This document shows positions 24,481 through 35,580 of a DNA stretch of 64,000 nt, in pieces; position 1 is the stretch's first letter; each line of letters opens with the position of its first letter. The notes under the pieces were generated by a model, which did not search any database, was not told where the DNA came from, and worked only from the letters and a program-made list of their open reading frames with translations. This DNA comes from Octopus sinensis (taxonomy: Eukaryota). The DNA is taken from the NCBI RefSeq assembly GCF_006345805.1, contig NW_021826031.1, forward strand, positions 496,001 through 560,000, given 5' to 3'. The position numbers and the translations under genes are program-made.

Positions 24481-24614
24481 TTTGCAGTTATTCTTATTTA
24501 CTATTAGATTTGAATGACTGAAATAAGTTTTATAGACTTTGGTTTTTAAACAAGTTCAAGAAATAGTTCTAAACAACTTTGTCAGTTAATAATCCTATTA
24601 AATTACGAAAAAAT

Positions 24615-27600
24615 TTATAATTTTTCCAGATAATTAGTGGGAACAAATCCTGCAACCCCGTTCAATATCACTTTAGACCAGCCGTCACCACCTGCAATAG
24701 TGACCACGAACATGAAAATTACAATTTTCAATCAAATCGACCAGATCATTTTTATTCATGCTTAGCTCATTATCGCTCTGAGGCTCAAATTTGTATATTC
24801 CCTTGTACTTGTTTCTAATACTGGGTAAAGGGGGACTTGGTGGAGCACTATTTTATAAATAAAATAGCAAATACCCCCGGGCGTAGCTCCCAGCTTTGTT
24901 TGTGTCTAAAATTAATCAAAGTTTGATTACTGATGGGATTTACTCTCGTATTTGGAACATTCGGAACTAAAATAAAAAATTAATGAGCTGAACTGGTCGA
25001 ATTGGATAACCCTTCTCCAATTTTGATGACCAAGGACTTCAAACTTGTGGATAAAATTTCCATATCTGCTTGACCTTCTTTCTTAACTTGTACAGTGGAC
25101 TTTGAGCCTCCCATGAACCCCTTTTTCTGAACTTCAATTGTATATCTAAGGATAAAGACACGCTTTACTTGTCCACATAAACAATGTTGAGGGGCTCGTT
25201 TCCTGTTTCGATGCGGCATTTATTGAGGAAATACAGCAGTTCTGTTTTAAAAAGGCACTTTATGAGAAATGACCTTGACGTGAAATGGAGGCAGAGAAAG
25301 TCGTCCTGACAAGTACTAACGATGACAAGATATGACTTACCTCAAGGACACTTTGGTGAGTGTCGAGTGGACATCATTATGCATGATGACTTGGTTTATT
25401 TTGCCCTTGTCGGGGCCTTTGGCTACCTGGACATAACAAATGGCAAATGCAACTTGTTCTGCTCCAATTATATATATACAGTCCGACCCCCAAATGGGGC
25501 ACCAAGTGCCCCAAAATGCGGGGGTGCCCCAAAAACAGGGGTTTGTTATTTTTTTAAAAATTAAACCATTAATAAACATCAAAAAACATTTTTACTAAAA
25601 TATTCAGTTATTTTCTTTTTATTTGTAGAGTTTTGTCTGATATTGTTCGTCAATTTCAGCCGAAAATCAAAAAATCTCGGAGCATACTTGGTGCAACATT
25701 AGAAATTTTTTCTTCTAAATTGTTAAGCAGATCTTTTGTTTTTGCTACGACATTTTCACTATTTTCGGTTTCTGAATATGTATCATAAACATTATTGTTC
25801 ATGTCTTCGCATTCTCCATCAATTGTTTCGTTAACATCTTGATCTAAATGTTCATCTGTTAGACAGTTTTTTGTTGCATAAGAATCACGGTCCTGTCGAT
25901 TTTCTTCCAACAATTAACAATACTTTTAGCATCTATTTTCTCCCATCCTTTTGAAATTAGCATCATAACCTGACGCAAATTTAATTTACCAATAGAATGT
26001 GTAAAATCGTTTTCACATAAGATAATACTTTCTGGTCATATTTTTCAAAATAATTTTTCACATAAGATAAATCACATGAAGCTTTTTCACCACATATTGA
26101 CTTGAATTGAAGTTCATGCCGCAATTTAAATCTATCAAGCCACCCATTGGAAGCTTTAAAAGAAGTAAATCCAATTTTTGAAGCTGTAACTAAGGCAATT
26201 TTTTTCAAAATAGGGCCTGAAATCGGAATTTTATCTACGCGTAGTCTTTGAAATATTTCAAAGACTTGATCATCAAATTTATCTTTATCGGCTTTAAATG
26301 TGTCATATTCCTCAGAAATAGTATTGCCGTGTTGCAAGAAAGGTACAATATTTCGTTTTATTCTTGATATTGTTCCTTTACTTGTGTTGTACTTTTTCAT
26401 TAGTTGCCTCTCAGATAAATTTTTCTTCAAAATTTCTTTAGCAATCTTCAATTTAGTTTCGTAATCCATAACCACAACAATAAAAATATAAATTGAAAAT
26501 AAAACAAAAAATAATTAATTTATTATAATTTTATTTTATTTTTAATTCCTTATAAATGATTTTATGGTGCCCCAAAAATTCCATAATTTTTTATCGATTT
26601 TTATTTTTTTTCTGCCAAAATGTACTTTTGGAATAAAGTGCCCCAAATTGCGGGGGTGCCCCAAAATCCGAGGGTGCCCCACCCCTGGGGTCTGCCCCAT
26701 TTTGGGGTCGGACTGTATTCCGATTTGTGACAACGAGGTCTCGAAAAACCGCCTTGGGAATATATCAAAAGCAAATCACCTTGAAAATTCTGCTGTACTT
26801 GATAACGGTCTCTGAAAATAGTACTTTTTCTCGTTTTGGAATAAGGACAGCCTTTTCCGGCATGTTGCCAAGCCCGATATAGTCACCGCGGTATTTCCTG
26901 ACGATACTGTTCTTTCTCCGCTCCTTTTTATGCATCAAAAGCTTCGAGGCTGAGAAGTCAGTCCAACTGGGTATTACCCTCAATACAGGGAGTGTATTCG
27001 TGTGAACATCCCGCTATTTTCGTTAAGTAATTTTGCAGTATTTTTCCTGCCATATTTCTCTTAACTCCGATTCCATCTTCGATAAGAAAAAACTAGAAAT
27101 TAATTAGTAGAATGACAGTTTCGGGTTTTTTGATAAAGATTTTTGTCTTGCCGACAGCGTATTCGTCACTCGGGATGCTCATATTCTCCAGAATTATCAA
27201 AACGCCCTCCTTGGGGTCTCCTTTATACATTGGCCACGTTTTCGAAGAAAGGACGCTGTACCTACGGAATGTCAGTTAGTGTAATACCGACTGAGAAAAT
27301 TTTCAAATGTACTTCTGTAAGCAAATCCGGCTCTACGGACACGAATGTTTTCTTCTAGTCCAAGGTACTTTACTTGATGTTGAACTCTGTGGTGAAACCA
27401 GTTGGAAATACCTCGACTCGTCAAACTCTGATGGTTTTTTGAGGTCGTTTGGTTTGATGCAGCGAATGTAATGAGGGTTGCACTCCATCAACTTGGTCAT
27501 CAATTCTGCTGCCTGAGACCTGATTTTTGAGCCCGTAGTGGTGATTTTGCCGCGTCTCAACTCGGTTACGTCGTCAGTAAATAATCCCTTTATGAATTTG

Positions 27601-29516
27601 CTGACGAGAATACAGTAAGCAAAAAACCTTTTACTGCCTTGGAGAACCTGAACAATGTCTGCATTGAGAACGTCCCGGTTCCGTTCGCAAAATCCGTCGA
27701 CGTTGTAATTGACGTTTCCCGCGTAATGTTCAATGCTAAATCCCTTTCCGCCAAACCTGATTCGGGGGTTCGAGGAATGTGAAGACAGTTTCTATTTCCT
27801 AATAACCGGATGAAACCACCTCGACTAATTTCTGATCCACCCCTTCACTAGAGGCGTGCACAGTTTTGCAAATGTCGTCGGCAATTGAGAAAATCCCTGG
27901 AGGTGATTTGTTCTCAATGAGGTCACATATGACTTTGTTGTTGAAATATTTTATTTCTGTCCATTGGATACCTTCCCGGTTATATTCCTCCTGTTTGGAG
28001 ATAGTGGCATATGCGTACCTGCTCAGACTTGAGTGTCAACTCGATGAATATTTGCTGGAGTTTCTCGTTTACATAATTTATGCAGAATTGTTCAAATCCA
28101 TTTTTATCGAAAACTTCGAACCCGTAAATGTCCAAGATTCCCACATAACAGAGTTTTGACTTAATTTCCAAAACTTTGTTAACTTTCTAAAATCGCAACT
28201 ACCAGCTTCCCTCAATCAAAAAATCAAAGTTTCTGGCGTAAAGAGCTTTGGCAAGAGCATCGCGAACAAAATTGGCTTGTTCTGTGTTCAACAAGACATC
28301 AATGACTTCGCTCGTTTTGCCCCACTTGCTCTCCATGGTTCTCGAAATCAGATTCTTTAAAAGCAAGTCCTTCTCAATTTGGAGCAAACGCGCAGGGGCT
28401 TCCACAACTGGAAACACTCATTAATTCGTGAAACGATTGGGGTTGGTGATTTTTGATTTGTTTCCATCTTCTGCGAACGTCACATTTCCCAAATTCAGCA
28501 CCGCCGCAACGAGAGAGAAAACTTCGTTTTGAGTCTCCGAATCGAGTCCAATCACGTCCATGGCATTCTACGGACATGAGTACCCTCTCTCCTTGCCTTG
28601 GTACTTCTGAATTCCTCTTTATCGTCCATATCATCGTTATCATAAGTCCCTGTTTTGTTTATATAAGCGTAGTCCTCGCATTTTGTCAAACACAATGATC
28701 CTGCAATAGTTTGGAAAATATTCACTCAGTTTGCTGTTGTCAAAACCAGACAAAATTTGGTAGAAAATATGAAAACTTCTCTCGCCTTTGAACGCCGTGA
28801 CAACACGTGACTACATACTTTAGTCGGGGTTACTTTCTCTAACAAGAAGGTTGAGATCACGGTTCCGTCGGGGACTCCTCCGCTGAAATAGATCTGCACG
28901 TACTTGCCCTACACATAGAACAGGATGTTCTTACAAATCGACTCGAGTTGTTGTTCCTCAATGTTTTTGCGTTTCCGAAGGATTCAAGAAGAGGGTTGGT
29001 CTGGAGAATTATGTTTTTTGTTTTCTACGAATACTGGAAACTAAAAAACTTCCGAATTGGGTCCCCCTCCGGAAGATTTAATCAAATAGTTCATGATGGA
29101 CACACAACTGAAGGTCTTTCCCGCTCCTGACTCTCCACTGAAATAATATTCAAGAACACATGACCTGATTATGCAGCACTGGTTTTCCTGATAAGAGCAA
29201 ATGTTGGTCAGCATTGAGTCGGCAATGGCATACAAGTGGGGACTGTTTTCATAGATTGCCTAAATAGAACTGAATTGCCCTACAGCCCCCATATATGTTT
29301 CCATTTTGGCCGTCGTAAAAATATTTAATTTCTTGTATGGGTTGATAGCAATGAGCACAGGGCCGATATAAGTCTGGCCATATGACTAGAGACTGGTACA
29401 TATATTTCATCATTCGAGAAACGCAACTGGAGAGCCTTCATCACGTTTGTCGCAGTAATTTTCTCTAGTAAAACCAAATCACTGATTCCCCTCTTTACTC
29501 CTCTGTCTGTGGCCAT
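24615..29516 (-). CDS. MYO1E: Long-tailed class I myosin (MYO1E/F-like: motor, TH1, SH3), with the TH1 exon interrupted by a transposon
   Basis: [83 protein letters not shown], and SH3 GDGW...[11 protein letters not shown]. Confidence 0.9.
25479..26715 (-). mobile_element. pogo/Tigger-type element with deleted DDE domain, inserted in a myosin exon
   Basis: TIR cagtccgacccc(c/a)aaatggggca; TA TSD at 25477-78 and 26716-17; subterminal ggggcac/gtgcccc repeats. Confidence 0.95.
25981..26475 (-). CDS. Transposase N-terminal DNA-binding region (HTH plus CENP-B/Tc5 HTH), 164-aa ORF
   Basis: [22 protein letters not shown] and [15 protein letters not shown]...SICGE motifs. Confidence 0.8.
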   Translation of the reverse strand: MVMDYETKLKIAKEILKKNLSERQLMKKYNTSKGTISRIKRNIVPFLQHGNTISEEYDTFKADKDKFDDQVFEIFQRLRVDKIPISGPILKKIALVTASKIGFTSFKASNGWLDRFKLRHELQFKSICGEKASCDLSYVKNYFEKYDQKVLSYVKTILHILLVN

Positions 29517-29689
29517 TCTTTAATTCGTACGCAGATCTATAGATTTATTCAATTTCAATTGCCGTAGTTAATAGCATAATTTGTAACGGGCAAACATTTC
29601 CGTGCTAATCCAGAACAATCTTAATCTGTGTTTAATAACTTTGTTTCTATAAATCACATATTATTTTCGTATTCTCGCATTGAGGCAGC

Positions 29690-30510
29690 ACTGAGAGATC
29701 TCAAAACAAAGTGCGAAAAATCGATGCCGATGAAATTATATATGCAGACGACATAAACTTTGTGTCAGAAAATGATCAGGAACTTGCATCTATTTTTGAG
29801 AAAATTCCGGAAGAATTTGAGAGATGGTGTTTGCACGTTAATCGAGAAAAGATTGAACACGTAAGAATCGCAAGGGAATCGAAATATATTGATATGAAAG
29901 TTGGAAGAAAAAAAAAATTGGGATCATTACTTGGTGATAGTGAGGACATGATGTACCGGAGAGTTTTAGGCTCTGGAATGTACAAGAAAATGCAAAAGAT
30001 ATGGAATCATAAAAAACTTCAAAAAACAAACCTCAAGCTAAAGCTGTACAACGCATATATAAAACCAGTACTCATGTACAACTCGGGTACCTGGGGTGTC
30101 ATGGAAACAGAGTTACATAAAATTGACACGTTTCACAGAAAACAACTACGCAATCGACTGGGCCTAGGATGGCCAAAAAATATTCCTAACAGAAAATTAT
30201 ACGCTATGACACGATCGGTGCCAATAAGCATCGATATTATAGAATCAAGGTGGAGGCTGTTTGGACACGGACATAAACACACCAGCAAACACGATAATGG
30301 ATGATTACTTTAACAATAACAACAAAACACCGTTCAGAGGAAGGCCCAGGGTCGCTCTTCGTGTTGCACTAAACAAAGATCTCTATGGAATTGGAAGAAA
30401 ACTTGGTTGTGCTAACGACCTTGAAGACCTACGAGTATATGCTCAAAGCAGACCCCGATAAAGACGCCTGGTGAACAAGATTTCTGAACGTGCGGCACAA
30501 ACGGGACCTT
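29690..30510 (+). mobile_element. 5'-truncated RTE-like non-LTR retrotransposon
   Basis: IIYADDINF, LYNAYIKPVLMYNSGTW, SRWRLFGH and MDDYF...FRGRPR. Confidence 0.85.
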
Positions 30511-30743
30511 AGCTAATTTAACATTTCCTTTGTTCTGTGTACGTGCTATTAATAATAATTCTCGCATTCGGTAAAATTCTCTTTTATTTCCAAAACTATT
30601 CAGACACGAATTCGGTGGTGACTCGCAAACCAATCAAAGAAGATGCCAAAATACGACGGGGATTTTTAGTCATTTTTTAAGAAGTGCCAGTTTTGTCCAA
30701 CCAAATAATAACCTTAAATCAAAATAAAAATCCACTTTATTGA

Positions 30744-32067
30744 CTAAAAAAGAAGATGAATTAAATAGTACCGCATAATAAAGGACATGGCAGACCAACC
30801 GATCTACAGAATGAAACATAACCACACCTGGAAGCCAATCAACAAAACTGTGAGTTTCTGCTCACTCATCGGGCCACAGGCACACAACACGGCATTCAAC
30901 AATGTCAAATTGTTGCAAGTGACTCCGTCTTCAGATATTGAATAACTGACAAGTCTGCCAGTAGAGAGAATCCACCAAATAACCGTCCAAGAAAGACTGT
31001 CTGGTTTAAACGTAACAACACTATAGTCTTGATGTTGCCAGTTTGTTTATCAAAGCTACGAACGTGTAGGATTAGGGGTACAGAGGCATCTGATGACGAG
31101 GGCATGGAATCAGCCAGAACAGTTGGGGAATACACAAAATTGATGATTTGCGGACCAAAAAACAGAAGCATGGTCTTAGAAAAATGTCCATGAATTGAAA
31201 TTGTGGAAAAAAACATTCCTGCAAAATAGCAGTCCCCCACAAAGACTTTGGCAGGAAACCAATTGTGCTTCAAAAGAACCCCGCTCAGAAGTAAAAAAGG
31301 GACGAGATTTATGATCGAAAAGTACTGTGTCCAAACCAAACACTTATTGGCCATGTCAGCCACCCGATAAGACAGTGCAGGAGGATGGAAGAGGCAATCA
31401 CGATGCTTTGTCCGACCTCCAATCCGTTGATGCCGGCGTAAATGTTGATGGCATTCGTGCAGAACACAGCGAGTAGTGCCATGTACACGTAGTACAGTCC
31501 CCCTACTCTTAGTGGACAGAACTACCCAAGTCGAGAGAATGTCCAAGCAGAGGGGAGAAAGGACGGGGGACCACCACGATAGTATGGTGGGAAGTCAGGA
31601 AATAGATCACGAGGAGTGGTAGAGAGGACAGGGTGGGAATCACCAGTTTATATCGCCATTTGATATTCAGCACGTCGTCGACAAAACCCAGAAGTATCAT
31701 ACAACACGTGCACAACAAAGTAACCATGAAGCCCGAGAACTATTGATAGGTGGCCAATGTGTACCTCAATGAGGGGAAATTGAGAAACCTGATCAGTGAG
31801 AACGACAGGATAGAAGGTGGAGGGAATCAGAAGAAGGACGACTATAAGATAGACTGCTCCCACGAGCACTCCCTGAGCTTCAGGACTAGTTGGATTGTTT
31901 TATGAAATCAACAGCTTAGGTCTGTTTAGTTTGTGCACGTCCAAACCGAATAGTTGGGCAGAAATGAAATATTCCTTCATTTCGCAGATTAGTTTATTAA
32001 GCATATACGACCCAATGAGCGAGAGGACTATCGACATTACTATTCCCGTTAGCATGTCGTAAGGCAT
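30744..32067 (-). pseudogene. DPAGT1: UDP-GlcNAc:dolichyl-phosphate GlcNAc-1-P transferase (DPAGT1/ALG7); 5' half intact, 3' half with three apparent frameshifts
   Basis: [62 protein letters not shown] and CNNLTLLN motifs. Gene identity is secure; pseudogene status is not. Confidence 0.7.
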
Positions 32068-32191
32068 TCTGTGTGGTTAGCCAGTTTGACGAACCTGCAC
32101 TCAAATGTATACATTACACGTATACCATTATGTTTATTTACACCAAACAATGAAAGTTAATAATAATTATGTAAATTCTATCTTAAATTAT

Positions 32192-33430
32192 TTAAGAATC
32201 CAGATCGTCAGTGGTTTCTCTTCTTCGCTTGGAAGAAGAGTTTGCAACAAAATTCTCATCATTTCTCATTTCTGCGTCAAAGTAATTGTTTAGCTGAGTA
32301 TCCTCACGACATGCTAGCTCCGCAAGTTGATTGGCGGCAGAGGCGTACTCCTCGTTGTCTACCTTTATCCCATGTCTGTGCTCGATAAGCATACTCTCTA
32401 GAGTCCTCTTCAGCACAACAGACTGGATGTATGTCCTCGTTCCTTCTTCAATGGATAACTTGTCCATATGACTTTTTAGAACTTTGAGACAACTCCATCC
32501 CATGTCAAGACAATTGAAATAATCTTCACTTTTGCTTCATAGAGAACCGACAGTTTGTTTGCAAGCAGGTCGTATTTGTGAAATTTATCCACTTCAACTT
32601 GCTTTAAACGGTCTTGCGAGGTAACTTCCACTTCGATTAAATGAATTTCTCTTTTCCTCTTGTCATAAACGAAAATATCAGGTTTATTGAATTTAACTTT
32701 CGTTTCAGTCATAATTGACGTGTCAACTCTGATTTCGACATTTTGGGTCGACATTATTGACACAACCGAATGTCCTTTCAATTTCCTGCTTCGTTTAATT
32801 CCATACATTCGACAAAAGTGGAGATGAATACACTTTACCACTTCGTTGTGTCTTCGGAGATAATCACTGTTTAGCATCCTACCACACCGCGTGGCTAGAT
32901 GGTCAACAGTCTGCCTGCTTTTTTGCAGTGGACGCATAGTGATCCCGTGTATGCAAAGAACAAATTCCTATCTTGCAAAAGACAGTACAATGCTTCGCTT
33001 CGTGGACCATTGTTCCCTTTCGATAGCCATTGCGAAGAAGTAGATATGTAGATATTCCTCCATACATTTGAACATCACCGAGTGTAGTGATTTACGGTTG
33101 ATTCGGTTAAGCAAGAGTTTCCTTTGTGCGTCCTTCAGTAACTCAATGGTCAGATTTTCCCTGCCGACAACTGCATACTTGGAGACAAGAAATTCTGCGA
33201 TTGTGGCTAAGTGCCATTTTTTTCTTTTTATTACTCGCAGAATACCCGACCTCCGCAGACAGGTATTCGACTGTTTTTCCAAACTTTTAAGAAACTGGAA
33301 GAGTATTAATTCGCTTTTGAACGAAATTGAGGCAAGTTCTCTTCCAAGGGTCTTGCGGTCCAAATACAACCTCTCCTTATTTGCAGGCTGGAGGTGTAAC
33401 TTGAGAGTCGTAAGTAATCGGGTTTTTATC
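32192..33430 (-). mobile_element. R4/Dong-like non-LTR retrotransposon, 3' fragment (CCHC finger plus restriction-like endonuclease)
   Basis: ERLYLDRK, TVDHLATRC...YLRRHNEVV and KPDIFVYDK...LIEV...KYDLLA motifs. Confidence 0.8.
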
Positions 33431-34249
33431 AAGAATAACCAAAAAACCAAAAAACAAGGAAAAATTATTAACGGCGAGATAAAAAAACGAAGCACCGAAG
33501 TGTCTCTTACTGTGTGAGTAGTGCTTAAGCCAACATGTTTAATCGATTGAGACTAATTTTTTTATAATTATTCCCAGAACTGATAGAGTTGTACGAAAAG
33601 ATAATCTTCAGGAAGAATGGCAATGTACGTGAGCTCACTCAATTTGCAGAACACGATCGAACCCACTGGATATGTTCAAATCACTTCCACCAACACACAG
33701 TACGTGTCCAAGTCATACAAAGTGAGGGTCCTTCTTATTCCCAGTTCTCATTCTCCCGCAGTCCCCTCAATTTCCGAGAGAAAGTGGTCGTAGAGGTGAG
33801 ACTGGTTTCACTCCCAGCCCCAATCGAGTTTACTTTATCTTCTCAATCGTTTGACTGACTAAGTCACTTTTTTGGAGGACTTGTCTTTTGTCTATTTGAA
33901 GGATTAGATTTCCAATTTTTGTCAGCGGGAAATTTTACATGCGCACTATATTCGATTACTGCGCTTTTCCAGATTTGTTTGACCTAAAATTTACCTGCGT
34001 GTTATTTTCAAGTACGCGTGAAAATTGAGAAAATACGGTAAATAAAACTCATTCATTTTGGGGTATTGATTATTTTTCTTTAATTCATTCAAGTATGTGA
34101 TAATGGAAAGGGTTAGTCATTGAAGAAAGTCCACTATTTTTTCACCAATGGAATATCTACAAATTTGAAAATAAAAGTGAGTGTGTCCACAAGAAAGGGA
34201 GGTGGATTAGACGGCAAGAGGTTGATGGATGTCTCGATAGTGTGCCTGG

Positions 34250-35060
34250 TGACTTTTATTCTCGGATATGGAAGTTATTAACGTCAGAAAGTGTGAGCTT
34301 ATAAATATTTTTTGTTCGCCCGAAAAATTCGGTTTTGCATCAAACAAACTGCAGCATCGCCTGCCGGGGCTGACAACCATACCAATTGATGATTTCTTTT
34401 CCTCGGTGTGCTCATGGGCCAAAGCCAACTCAAGAAGTCGCTATCTGAGAACTCCAAATGGGTCACTGATTTTACAAATAAATTCATGCTGCTTGATAAT
34501 CAGTACGGATTTTTATGCTCAGAGTAAATCTTATGCTGTCAAGACTTCTAACATCAACTGCTTAATACAATCTGACATACTTCAATCGCTCGATACTTCT
34601 CTGAAGTTGGCCGCTGAAAAAATTCTAAACATTTGATTTGATGACGCTGGATGGACTTGTTGCAAATTATTTCTACGCCTTAATGGACTTGGACCACGTT
34701 TGCCACTGGACATGGCCCTTCCTGACTTTCTCTCCTCACGCGCCAGCTCCCACGTCTTCATCACCCAAATCCTACGTAACATTTGGGGATTGGAAGAGGA
34801 CCGGGTTTTCTCTGAAGCTTGTGAACTCTGGAAGGGATCCAGATTGGCCATTCCATCTAACATCCTATGGGAATGGGATCTAACTCCAGCAAAGCTAAAA
34901 TGAACGCAATCAGACCTACATTGGATCAGCACCGCCTTGCTTCTTTCTGTGCCCCTGCTAGGCCTGAAAGTGGTGCGTGACTTAATACCCTCCTTTGCCC
35001 CCACTCTCAATAATGACTGTGTAAAAATTGGCGTAACAATGCGTTTGGAACTTAATGTTT
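34250..35060 (+). mobile_element. Degenerate CRE-like element, internal fragment
   Basis: INVRKCEL, LRLNGLG...DMALPDFLSS and L..DCVKIGVTMRL remnants. Confidence 0.6.
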
Positions 35061-35580
35061 ATTCGGGGTCAATGCCAAAGGATTACACCACATTTTTAGT
35101 AAAGTTGATACCAAAGGATTACACCCCCTTTCATGCAGGAGTAGTGCTGGCCGTGCTTTCAGACATTAGATTATTCAACTAGATTATTTCGGCTGCGGAA
35201 GAAAACTGAAATCGGCAGATGACCTGGACGATCTGAGAAATCTTGCACAAAACAGGGGATGGTGGAAACGACTAGCAGAGCCTAAAGGAAGCGAGCTGCC
35301 AACGTAGTAATAAATAATAACATCTAACTAAAACCGCGAGTTCAATCAAAATATGACGATCAAAGCAAACCATCTGAATCAGAAAGCCTGCAACTATCTA
35401 TATTTATGACGAAAAAAAACCGAATAAAATGACTACCTGTTCGTTAAAGAATTAGAATAGTGCCTCTAAGACTCCGATAGTTTCTTTTTAAAATTGTTGA
35501 ATAAATCTAAATAACTAGCTAAATAAATTTATAAATTAATTGTTTATTTTGAAGACATAGTGATACGACTTTTATATTTA

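Noticed and set aside
33920-34040. Complete pogo-type MITE ending in gaaaatacggta
   Set aside because: Only one TIR-like end was found, with no partner or TSD pair.
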